In this document: piece by piece, positions 29,229-37,901 of the stretch
Layout of the letters: each line of letters begins with the position of its first letter
Position numbering within the stretch: position 1 is the stretch's first letter
Assembly (NCBI GenBank): GCA_016432525.1
Contig: CP066693.1
Location: 785,639-849,638 of the forward strand
Source: Candidatus Woesebacteria bacterium
GTDB taxonomy: Bacteria; Patescibacteriota; Microgenomatia; UBA8517
Reading direction: 5' to 3'
DNA length: 64,000 nucleotides
The notes under the pieces: generated by a model
What the model was told of the DNA's origin: nothing
Databases searched by the model: none
The model's input: only the letters and a program-made list of their open reading frames with translations
Program-made: the position numbers and the translations under genes

Positions 29229-29659
29229 TTGCTTACAACTCCATAAGAATTAACGCTCAAAGTTTTTGTAGTTCCAAGACCAGATATTGTAATTGCAGCA
29301 GTTGTGTTGGGAATTCCAGTTACTCTGGCAAAATTAATATCGCTTGCCCCGGTTACCAAAATCTTTGGATTTATTCTAACCTTCTCATCAAAACTAGAGT
29401 TTCGAGTCAAATAAGAATTCCCTTGATAAATGGTAACAATTCCAGAAGCAATATTTACTCCCCACCCGGTAGATGCACTTTTACGACTTACAATTGAATA
29501 AAATTGTGCAGTCGAAAAAGCAGTTGTTAGTTGATTAACAGTTGAAGCTACATCATTTTGGGTTAAAAATCTGGAATAAAAAGATGAGGACAAAATCGCA
29601 ATGGTTGAGATTATCGCAACTACCAATAGTAGCTCTATAAGCGTAAATCCTTTTTTCAT
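29225..29659 (-). CDS. prepilin-type pilin
   Basis: MKKGFTLIELLLVVAIIS. Confidence 0.7.
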   Translation of the reverse strand: MKKGFTLIELLLVVAIISTIAILSSSFYSRFLTQNDVASTVNQLTTAFSTAQFYSIVSRKSASTGWGVNIASGIVTIYQGNSYLTRNSSFDEKVRINPKILVTGASDINFARVTGIPNTTAAITISGLGTTKTLSVNSYGVVSK

Positions 29660-30720
29660 TGTCTAATAGATCCAGTAAATTGATAGATTGGGGAAATTAT
29701 AGAAAGTGCCAAAAATGAAACAAACAAGGCAATTATTATAAGTAAAACTGGCTCAATGACAGAAGGTAAGTTCTGTGCCATATCATCAACCTCCTCCTCA
29801 AAAAAATTTGAAAGGTATAAAAGTGATTCAGATAATTTTCCCGATTTTTCTCCTACTCCAATCATTCTCGTCATAACAGCTGGCATATGTTTAAAGTTAC
29901 GCCTGGTGATTTCCTTTTCAATACTAACTCCTTTATCAACAGCCTTAGAAATTAAACTTATATATCCCTTAAAAACAAGATTCGAGGTAGCAGCCGTTGT
30001 TGCTACCATTGCCTCAGAAATTGGAATCCCGCTTTTAAGCATTACCCCAAGATTACGACAAAAATTTGTAATCTCCACACTCATTATAAAATTTCCAAAA
30101 AAAGGTATCCTCAAAACAAATCTCTGCCATCTAAGCTTAATTTTTGGAATATCGATAGCAACCCAAAAAATAATAAAGCCGCCAACTAAAAAGGCAACAA
30201 TAAAAATCCCGTAGTTCTTCATTGTATTTGCAAAAAATAGAAGTATTTTAGTAGAAAGAGGAAGCGCTACATCTAAAGATTCAAAAAGGTCAGTTAACTT
30301 TGGAAGAACAAAAATAGAAATTCCTCCTCCAACAATAATGGCAGCAATCACGATAATTGTTGGATAAATTAAAGCTGCTCTGACTTTTTTTCTAAATTCG
30401 TAATTTTTGGATAATTGGCTAGCCAGATACTCCAAATTAGCATCCAAATTTCCAGATTCTTCTCCTATTGCAATAATACTGACAAAAAGCTTATCAAAAA
30501 CATCTGGGTATTTCTCTAAACTTTTTGAAAGTTTTAGACCATTTTTTAAATCATTCAAAATTCCCAACAATATTTTCTTAAATGCTTTGTTGCGGCTTTG
30601 CTCATACAAAATATTTACAGAATCATAAATAGTAATACCGCTCTTAAGCATTACAGAAAGATGTTTTGCAAATAAAAGCTTGTCAACAAATCTTACCTCA
30701 CTTAAACCGGGCAGTTTCAT
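29656..30720 (-). CDS. pilC: type IV pilus platform protein PilC (GspF family)
   Basis: Two GspF-domain repeats with three transmembrane segments. Immediately downstream of the PilB ATPase. Confidence 0.85.
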   Translation of the reverse strand: MKLPGLSEVRFVDKLLFAKHLSVMLKSGITIYDSVNILYEQSRNKAFKKILLGILNDLKNGLKLSKSLEKYPDVFDKLFVSIIAIGEESGNLDANLEYLASQLSKNYEFRKKVRAALIYPTIIVIAAIIVGGGISIFVLPKLTDLFESLDVALPLSTKILLFFANTMKNYGIFIVAFLVGGFIIFWVAIDIPKIKLRWQRFVLRIPFFGNFIMSVEITNFCRNLGVMLKSGIPISEAMVATTAATSNLVFKGYISLISKAVDKGVSIEKEITRRNFKHMPAVMTRMIGVGEKSGKLSESLLYLSNFFEEEVDDMAQNLPSVIEPVLLIIIALFVSFLALSIISPIYQFTGSIRQ

Positions 30721-30724
30721 TTTT

Positions 30725-32401
30725 TTACTCCTTGGTAACTCTAATTATCTCATCTATAGTCGTTTGTCCTTCAAGTACCTTAATGAGACCATCTTCTATT
30801 AGTGTGCTCATCCCTTCTTTTATTGCACAATCTCTCAACTTATCACTATCTGCCTTACTCGTTATAAGATCACGAATCGCATCTGTTACAGCAAGAACCT
30901 CGAATATTCCAATTCGTCCGTTATATCCAGTCATGTTGCAGACACTGCATCCTTTTCCAGCATAAATTCGGGCCTCGCGATTTTTAGTATGCTTCTTTAA
31001 AAGATCGGGAGGAAAAAACTTCTTAAGCTCAGTTGCAGTTATGCTTTGTGATTTTCTGCATTTCTCACAAATTTTACGAACCAATCGCTGCCCTACAATG
31101 ACATTGATCGTTGAAGCAACCAAAAAAGGCTCCACGCCCATATCAATAAGGCGAGGCAATGTCGTTGCCGCGTCGTTTGTATGAAGCGTTGAAAGAACCA
31201 AATGCCCAGTCAGAGCTGAATTAACCGCAATATCTGCCGTTTCTGAATCTCTAATCTCCCCTACAAAAATCACATTTGGATCTTGCCTTAAAATCGCCCG
31301 TAATCCATTAGCAAAAGTTAGGCTGGTTTTAGAATTAACTTGAATTTGGTTGACCCCTTCAATGTCATATTCAACAGGGTCCTCAATACTTGCAATGTTC
31401 ACAGATCTTACATTTAAAATTTTCAAAATAGTATAAATTGTTGTCGTCTTTCCACATCCAGTAGGACCTGTTGACAAAAACATTCCATAAGGTTTATTAA
31501 ATCCATCTCTCACTTTTTTTAAGTCAGGCTCTCTCATTCCTAAATCATCAAGACGGTACTGCCTAGACCTTGAAGAAAGTAACCTCATAACAACTTTTTC
31601 ACCATTGACAATAGGTACTATAGAAACACGAATGTCCAAATCTTCACTAGGTAAAGTTAGTTGCATCTTTCCATCTTGTGCTGCCAAATGTTCATCAGTT
31701 CGAAGTTTAGATGAAACCTTAATCTTTGTAACAAGTTGATCATGAATGTTTTTGGGAAATCTTAATACTTCGTGTAAAACTCCATCAATCCTAAATCTCA
31801 CAACAGATGTCTTCTTCTCAGGCTCAATATGGATATCAGACGCGCGGTTTGAATATGCATATTCAATCAATAGATCGGATAGTCTCGCAATAGGAAGTTC
31901 ACTTGATTTACTTTCAGAAGCCGCAAGTATCTCTTTAGTTAAAAGTTCATCAAAACTTGCCTGTAAATTTTTTCTGTACAAAGAAAACGCCTCATCTATA
32001 TCTTTTTTTGTTGCAAAATAAACTTTAACTTTCTCCCCTGTTTTTTTGGAAATAAATCCCATGATTTCGCGATTAACAGGATAATCAGCAGCTACTTTTA
32101 TTCCATCCTTTTCCAAACCAAAACATATTATTCTCTGTTTTCTAGCAATAACTTCAGGGATAATTTTTAAAACATTTTCTTCAATATGCTCTTTAGAAAG
32201 ATTAGCGTAAGGCACCTTAAAAAGATCAGCTATAACTTTTCCCAAATTCTCATCAGAAATTAAGTCCCGATCTATAAGTTCATCATAAAAATCAATTTTG
32301 TTTGTAACGCTCTCTTTATAAGCCAAATCAAGCTTGGAAGATTCAATAACAGAAAGTTCCTTTAATGCTAAATACAAACTTTGATTATCATAAACCCCCA
32401 T
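30725..32401 (-). CDS. pilB: type IV pilus assembly ATPase PilB (GspE family)
   Basis: Walker A GPTGCGKTTT, Asp/His boxes, and tetracysteine CEKC...CSVC. Confidence 0.9.
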   Translation of the reverse strand: MGVYDNQSLYLALKELSVIESSKLDLAYKESVTNKIDFYDELIDRDLISDENLGKVIADLFKVPYANLSKEHIEENVLKIIPEVIARKQRIICFGLEKDGIKVAADYPVNREIMGFISKKTGEKVKVYFATKKDIDEAFSLYRKNLQASFDELLTKEILAASESKSSELPIARLSDLLIEYAYSNRASDIHIEPEKKTSVVRFRIDGVLHEVLRFPKNIHDQLVTKIKVSSKLRTDEHLAAQDGKMQLTLPSEDLDIRVSIVPIVNGEKVVMRLLSSRSRQYRLDDLGMREPDLKKVRDGFNKPYGMFLSTGPTGCGKTTTIYTILKILNVRSVNIASIEDPVEYDIEGVNQIQVNSKTSLTFANGLRAILRQDPNVIFVGEIRDSETADIAVNSALTGHLVLSTLHTNDAATTLPRLIDMGVEPFLVASTINVIVGQRLVRKICEKCRKSQSITATELKKFFPPDLLKKHTKNREARIYAGKGCSVCNMTGYNGRIGIFEVLAVTDAIRDLITSKADSDKLRDCAIKEGMSTLIEDGLIKVLEGQTTIDEIIRVTKE

Positions 32402-32428
32402 TTTACTGATCTTACCATATAATAGAGA

Positions 32429-32794
32429 TTATTTAATAAGCTTATTTACTTTTTCAAGAAGCTCTGCCATTGAAAGATCACTTTTCACAACATAATCATT
32501 TGCTCCTAATCCCAACGCCCTATCTATATCCTCTTTTTGGCCCAAATTAGATGATACAATTATAGGCGTACTCTTCCATTTATCACTCTTTCTCATTTCA
32601 GACAAAACAGAAAATCCATCCTTCACAGGCATCATCAAATCCAAAATTACAAGATCAGGATTAAATTCATCTAAAGCTGAAAGCGCCTCATTGCCATCTG
32701 AAGCAAGTCGTGTTTCAAATTGAGCTTTGGTAAGCTTTACTCGATAAGCATTTGCTAAAAATTTGTCATCTTCCACTACTAATATTTTCTTCAT
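32429..32794 (-). CDS. stand-alone response-regulator receiver domain (CheY-like)
   Basis: MKKILVVEDD...DLVILDLMMP...K. No output domain. Confidence 0.8.
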   Translation of the reverse strand: MKKILVVEDDKFLANAYRVKLTKAQFETRLASDGNEALSALDEFNPDLVILDLMMPVKDGFSVLSEMRKSDKWKSTPIIVSSNLGQKEDIDRALGLGANDYVVKSDLSMAELLEKVNKLIK

Positions 32795-33162
32795 AATTTG
32801 TTTTTGAAAACTTCATTAACTTTAGAAACCACGTCCGTCAAACTCCAGTCTGTTTTAATAAGATAGTCATAAACACCTTTCTTCTTACTCTCTACAATTC
32901 TATCTCCGTCACCCAAATTTGTAAGTATTATAACAGGAACACTAGATCCCCAATGATCCTCCCGTAATTTGGTGAGTAAACTCATCCCATCCATTCCAGG
33001 TAATATTATATCCAAAAGTATAAGGTCGGGATGCTCTTTTAAGGCAACCTCCAAGCCTTCCTTTCCATTGCTTGAACTTATAATTTCGTATCCCGCGTTC
33101 GTTAGCTTCTTAGAAAGGACCTTCAAAATTGGTCTCTCATCCTCAATTATTAGAATTTTCAT
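32791..33162 (-). CDS. stand-alone response-regulator receiver domain
   Basis: MKILIIEDE...DLILLDIILPGMDG...K. Confidence 0.8.
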   Translation of the reverse strand: MKILIIEDERPILKVLSKKLTNAGYEIISSSNGKEGLEVALKEHPDLILLDIILPGMDGMSLLTKLREDHWGSSVPVIILTNLGDGDRIVESKKKGVYDYLIKTDWSLTDVVSKVNEVFKNKL

Positions 33163-33538
33163 TTAATACTTCGTTGACAATCTTTATGATATCCGAAAGC
33201 GTATTTTCTGCCTTCAAAATATATTTTTTAATTCCCATCGAAGCCAAAGCATTCTGTTTCTGTTCACTGGCAGAATTGGAAACAACAACAACCGGAATTT
33301 TGGACCATAAGGGATTAGCTTTAATCATCTTCATAAAATCCAATCCATTCATATCTTTAAGATAATAATCAAGCCAGATTAATGCAGGGCTAGTATTCAT
33401 ATTTTTCAGATAATCAACAGCCTGCTCCGCACTTGAACAGGAAACTACATTAAACCCAGACAATTCAAGTTTTCGAGCTATGGCCTGAAGCAAAAGAACC
33501 TCATCCTCAATCACCATTATTGTCTGTTTGTCTTTCAT
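33143..33538 (-). CDS. stand-alone response-regulator receiver domain
   Basis: QTIMVIEDE...ALIWLDYYL...K. An alternative start at 33556 would overlap the upstream gene by 20 nt. Confidence 0.75.
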   Translation of the reverse strand: MKDKQTIMVIEDEVLLLQAIARKLELSGFNVVSCSSAEQAVDYLKNMNTSPALIWLDYYLKDMNGLDFMKMIKANPLWSKIPVVVVSNSASEQKQNALASMGIKKYILKAENTLSDIIKIVNEVLNENSNN

Positions 33539-33560
33539 TTGGTTAAACTCTACCATAGTC

Positions 33561-35180
33561 CTAAGAAATAGTCACCTCTCCTTTTTTAGGTTGCGATCCT
33601 GTTAAAGGCAAACTAAACCAAAAAGTAGTACCCTTGCCTTCATTACTTTCAAACCATATTTTTCCGCCAGACGATTCAATCACAGCTTTCACCAAATAAA
33701 GTCCCAATCCCGTTCCGTCAGTTTCAACTTTAATTACATTGTCAGCTCTAAAAAACTTCTGAAACACTCTTGGCTTTTGCCCCTCAGGAATTCCGTAACC
33801 ATTATCAGATACGCGAGATACCACATCATTTCCTGATTTTGAAACCACAATTTCAATATCTCCACCTTCTGGGGTATATTTTATTGCGTTAGTCAAAAGA
33901 TTTACATAAACATGCCTAATGAGTTTTGGATCAATATTAATTAGAGGTAGACTACTGTGAACACTCAAACCCAATCGATGCTTCTTTTCAATAAGTTTAG
34001 GTTGAAGCTCAGTAATTACACTATCTATAAGTTCTTTCAGGTTCGTTGGTTTGGGGTCAATAATAATGCGGCCTGATTCTATTCTTGAAATATTCAAAAG
34101 TGAATTTACAAGATCAATCATTCTCTCATTTGAATCATAAATATCTTTTATTATTTCTCTCTGCTCTTTTGTTATTTCACCAATGTCACCAGCTAAAAGC
34201 ATTTCAGAAAACCATTTCATGGCTGACAAAGGGGTTCTAAGCTGATGCGATGCAAGAGAAATAAACTCAGTCTTCATACGATCCACCTCATGCTCATATG
34301 AAATATCGCGAAACACAATTACTCCTCCAATAACTCTTTCGCCTAAAATAACAGGTGAAGCAGTTATAGCAGCTGGAAATTTAGTTCCATCCTTTCTTAC
34401 ATAGTAAAGATTTCGAGAGATAGTTCTCCTACCAGTTGAAAGAGCAGTATGGGATGGTCTCTGTTCTATTGTTGGTTCATTTCCTTTCTCATCTTGAAGT
34501 TTTATTACATGAAAAACTGGTTTTCCCAAAATCTCATCTTCAGCATAACCAAGCGATTCCAACGCTTGTCTATTTACATAAGTCAACTCTCCTCCATCGT
34601 CAAAACCTATAACTCCTTCTCCTATGTTGTTCAAAAGTGTCTTGCTTTTTGCTTCAGCCTCAGAGAGTTTTTTAAATGAGTCATCGTTAGCTTTTGCAAA
34701 TACTTCCATTTCATCTTTTACCCATGAAACAAGCGAAAGTAAAAGTTTTTTATCTTTCTCACTAAATTCTCGAGGATTCTTATCTTTTAATCCAAGCGCT
34801 CCAATTTTAAAACCATCAGAAGAAGTTAAGGGAACTCCAGCATAGAATCTAACATTTGGAAATCCCACAACCTGTGGGTTATCCAAAAATCTTTCATCTT
34901 TTAGAGTATCAGAAACTACAAACGGCTCATCTTGTAAAATCACATAAGAAGAAAAGGATATTTGCCTTTCCTCATCTCTTTGAATTATTCCACCACTTGC
35001 TATATGAAACACATTTTGCCAATCAACTAAAGTTATTTCTGCAATGGCAACATCAAAACAATCAATCAAAAAACGTGTTATTTTATCAAACCGCGGATCA
35101 GCAGCTGCACCTATAAGATTCAGTTTTCTTAACGCATTCACTCTCTCATTGTCCCTATCTGGCACAGCCGCTGGCGTCAT
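33561..35180 (-). CDS. cytoplasmic GAF/PAS sensor histidine kinase
   Basis: No transmembrane helix. GAF-like N-terminus, PAS, H-box SHQLRTPLSAM, N/G boxes NLLTNAIKYTPEGG and GTGLGL. Confidence 0.85.
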   Translation of the reverse strand: MTPAAVPDRDNERVNALRKLNLIGAAADPRFDKITRFLIDCFDVAIAEITLVDWQNVFHIASGGIIQRDEERQISFSSYVILQDEPFVVSDTLKDERFLDNPQVVGFPNVRFYAGVPLTSSDGFKIGALGLKDKNPREFSEKDKKLLLSLVSWVKDEMEVFAKANDDSFKKLSEAEAKSKTLLNNIGEGVIGFDDGGELTYVNRQALESLGYAEDEILGKPVFHVIKLQDEKGNEPTIEQRPSHTALSTGRRTISRNLYYVRKDGTKFPAAITASPVILGERVIGGVIVFRDISYEHEVDRMKTEFISLASHQLRTPLSAMKWFSEMLLAGDIGEITKEQREIIKDIYDSNERMIDLVNSLLNISRIESGRIIIDPKPTNLKELIDSVITELQPKLIEKKHRLGLSVHSSLPLINIDPKLIRHVYVNLLTNAIKYTPEGGDIEIVVSKSGNDVVSRVSDNGYGIPEGQKPRVFQKFFRADNVIKVETDGTGLGLYLVKAVIESSGGKIWFESNEGKGTTFWFSLPLTGSQPKKGEVTIS

Positions 35181-35199
35181 ACTTTATTCTAACACTACT

Positions 35200-35712
35200 T
35201 TATTCAACTATTAATTTACCTTTCATACCCATTTGTCTATGATTTCCAATGCTGCAGTAAAATTCAAATGTTCCAGTTTTATCAGGCGTGAACTCAACCG
35301 TAGTGGTTACTCCTCCTTTAATAGTTTCAGATTTGACTTTAAACTCATCAATTACAAAATCATGAGTTCCCTCATCATTGGTAAAAAGAATACTTACCTT
35401 CGTGCCGACTTTAACTCTTATTTCGTCTGGTTTGAAATAAAAACTTCCCCCTCGGATGCTGATCTGACTAACACTATTAGATTCTCCAGCAACACTAGGA
35501 GAACTACTCGCCTCCTGACTAGAAGAAACAGTGCTGGAAGCAGCCATCCTTGCACTATTAAAAAGCACTCTTTTAATTTTTCTTGCTATCAAAAACCCGG
35601 GAACAGCCAAAATAATTAAAGCAATTACTCCTCCAACCAAAAGCATTGATTTATTCGAAGAATTTTCGCTGCCCTTGGTTTCTTTTGTCTCGTTTTCTTT
35701 ATTTTCTTCCAT
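35200..35712 (-). CDS. membrane-anchored cupredoxin (type-1 copper site)
   Basis: N-terminal transmembrane helix. C-terminal GTHDF...FYCSIGNHRQMGM gives the His...Cys-x2-His-x2/4-Met ligand set of plastocyanin/azurin-like proteins. Confidence 0.6.
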   Translation of the reverse strand: MEENKENETKETKGSENSSNKSMLLVGGVIALIILAVPGFLIARKIKRVLFNSARMAASSTVSSSQEASSSPSVAGESNSVSQISIRGGSFYFKPDEIRVKVGTKVSILFTNDEGTHDFVIDEFKVKSETIKGGVTTTVEFTPDKTGTFEFYCSIGNHRQMGMKGKLIVE

Positions 35713-35799
35713 TTAAATCACCTCCTTTAAAACTTTTCATTATAACCATACCATTCTTGACTTTGCAATTGCTTTAAGTTAAAAAGATAGTCTAAAATT

Positions 35800-36105
35800 A
35801 TGTCAATCGAATCAATGAACGACGAAACCCAAAAACCAGATTCTCTGCCAGAAGTTCCTCCGCAAGGATCAGCTGAACCTCTTAAGCCAATAAATGCAAC
35901 AGATACAAAAAAAGTTGATCCGTTTGCAACAGTCCTGACACCAACAGGAGACAAAGCAATAGATCAAGCAATTAAAGGGCAAACTTCAGGAGACACAACT
36001 GCACGAGTCATCCGACAAGCCGAAGAAATAGCTTCAAGTGAAAACCCAACTCAAGTCATACAAGGAATAGTAAACAGAAAGCTTGGTGGAATCCCCAAAA
36101 AATAG
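35800..36105 (+). CDS. hypothetical small protein
   Basis: ORF only; low complexity. Confidence 0.3.
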   Translation: MSIESMNDETQKPDSLPEVPPQGSAEPLKPINATDTKKVDPFATVLTPTGDKAIDQAIKGQTSGDTTARVIRQAEEIASSENPTQVIQGIVNRKLGGIPKK

Positions 36106-36174
36106 TTTTAACCACTTCTTGCACTTTTACTCATTGACAGGAGAAATTAACAAATTGTAAATTTAAATATCAAT

Positions 36175-36687
36175 ATGGCTGCTCGAAAAAGAAAAAAAAC
36201 AAGCTCTCATAAATCTTTTGTATCTCACAAATCTCAAAATGATTTAATTGCACTTCTAGCAACCGCAATTATTGCAATTGCCTTTATTTTCTTACTTATA
36301 AACAACAATCCTCGAGGAAAAACTCAAGTTTCCCAAGCTGTTCCTACTATAAATCCAAACGAAACCAGAATAATTTTAGGCCAACAAAATGGCTCATACG
36401 AAACAGGTATGGCCGTTTTAAGTGAAAAGGATGGTAAAACAACTGTTTCAATAACAGTCAACGGTCAACCGAAAGGCATTGCACAGCCAGCCCATATTCA
36501 TACTGGAGCATGTCCAAATCCAGGAGCAGTGCTCTATCCTTTAAGCTCAGTAATAAACAATGTCTCAACCACAGTTCTTAATGTAAAACTCTCAGATTTA
36601 ATGAAAAAATTGCCTCTCGCCATTAATATCCATCAGTCTGCAACCCAAATGGGCAATTATGTATCTTGTGGTAACTTCCTAAAATGA
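36175..36687 (+). CDS. hypothetical secreted protein with an H-x-H-xxG-x-C motif
   Basis: N-terminal transmembrane/signal segment. PAHIHTGACPNPG resembles the copper-site segment (FHIHxxGxC) of bacterial Cu,Zn superoxide dismutase, but the protein is shorter and the resemblance is partial. Confidence 0.35.
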   Translation: MAARKRKKTSSHKSFVSHKSQNDLIALLATAIIAIAFIFLLINNNPRGKTQVSQAVPTINPNETRIILGQQNGSYETGMAVLSEKDGKTTVSITVNGQPKGIAQPAHIHTGACPNPGAVLYPLSSVINNVSTTVLNVKLSDLMKKLPLAINIHQSATQMGNYVSCGNFLK

Positions 36688-37079
36688 ATCCCTTCGCAAT
36701 AATCTTGGCCGCTATTACATCGCAAGTTTTAGGTTTTTTCTGGTATTCTCAAATGTTTTTTGGAAAAGAGTGGGTAAAACTTTCTGGCCACAAGAATTCA
36801 GAAAAAATGAAAAAAGAAGAAGGCAAGATCTATACTCTCAATTTCCTTTTGACTCTTTTAGAAGCTTTTATTCTTTCAAGATTCATGGCTCTTTCTCAAG
36901 CTCGTACAATATTAGAAGGAACACAAGTTGGATTTATGGCTTGGCTTGGTTTTACGCTAACTTCTATGCTTACAACAAACCTTTTTCAGAATAAGCCCAA
37001 AAAACTTTTTTACATAGACGCAGCTTATCAAATGGTTGCAATTATGGTAATGGGAGCAATTTTGGCTCTACTTTCTTAA
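36684..37079 (+). CDS. DUF1761-family membrane protein
   Basis: MNPFAIILAAITSQVLGFFWYSQMFFGKEW, the characteristic DUF1761 N-terminus. Four transmembrane segments. Confidence 0.55.
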   Translation: MNPFAIILAAITSQVLGFFWYSQMFFGKEWVKLSGHKNSEKMKKEEGKIYTLNFLLTLLEAFILSRFMALSQARTILEGTQVGFMAWLGFTLTSMLTTNLFQNKPKKLFYIDAAYQMVAIMVMGAILALLS

Positions 37080-37901
37080 GAAATAAATATCCTGATTATA
37101 TTCAGAAACTCCAACCTTTTCTCCTTCACCTTTCAATATCCTTTCTAAACCCATACAATTTCTACATCCTCCATATGGACATTTAAATACTTCAAGCTGG
37201 CGCGCAAGTTTGATTTTCTTTCCTACTTCAAATATGTATTCTTCCGACTTCTTCTCATCAGGTAAATTTACCTCTCGCGGCCCTTCATCTTTATCTAAAT
37301 ACCAATACGATGCACCATTAATTTGTCTATTTTGTAAGTTTTTTGAAAGCAAATAATAAATCGGGAGTTGTAAAGACTCCTCGCTTTCCTCATTTTTTCC
37401 AGTTTTGAAATCCAGAATGTGAACAGAATCATTTGTCTCGTCATAAATAAGCCAATCAATCTTTCCACACAAAATTATATTGTCAGGTTCAGAAAGCCAA
37501 TAGTATGGAAGTCCTCCATCAGCTCTAATTTTTATTGTTTTTTTCAAAAGTGGACCAGGATTTTCCTCGAGTTTTCTGATCATTGAAAATCCGCGGCTTC
37601 GGTATTCCGATTCCTCTTCTAAACTTACAAATCCACCTTGCTTGCCACTTACTTTTTGCCAAGCAACATCAAATTTTTGAGTGGGCTTTATTGTAAATCT
37701 GTCCTCAACTGCCAAAGTTGACATTGATTCAATTACTTCATGTACTATCATACCCAGTGTAAGCGCCGGGCTTCCAATTGTAATCTTATGTCCAGTTCTT
37801 GGATCTTTATAAACATTACGAAGAAAGTAAAGCCTGGGACATTTCAAATAATCTGAAATGGAGCTGTGAGAAAGCCATACTGCTTTAAATTTGTCCTTCA
37901 T
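37068..37901 (-). CDS. PD-(D/E)XK nuclease, Cas4/RecB-like with predicted Fe-S cluster
   Basis: Motifs D (GKIDWL), DxK (ILDFKTGK) and QxxxY (QLPIYYLL). One N-terminal Cys (YLKCP) and three C-terminal Cys (CPYGGCRNC), the Cas4/AddB pattern. Confidence 0.65.
   Translation of the reverse strand: MKDKFKAVWLSHSSISDYLKCPRLYFLRNVYKDPRTGHKITIGSPALTLGMIVHEVIESMSTLAVEDRFTIKPTQKFDVAWQKVSGKQGGFVSLEEESEYRSRGFSMIRKLEENPGPLLKKTIKIRADGGLPYYWLSEPDNIILCGKIDWLIYDETNDSVHILDFKTGKNEESEESLQLPIYYLLSKNLQNRQINGASYWYLDKDEGPREVNLPDEKKSEEYIFEVGKKIKLARQLEVFKCPYGGCRNCMGLERILKGEGEKVGVSEYNQDIYFLRK

Noticed and set aside
37068-37901. Cas4 as evidence of a CRISPR-Cas system
   Set aside because: No cas1, cas2 or effector genes and no repeat array occur anywhere in the window. 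The protein is better described as a stand-alone Cas4/RecB-family nuclease.
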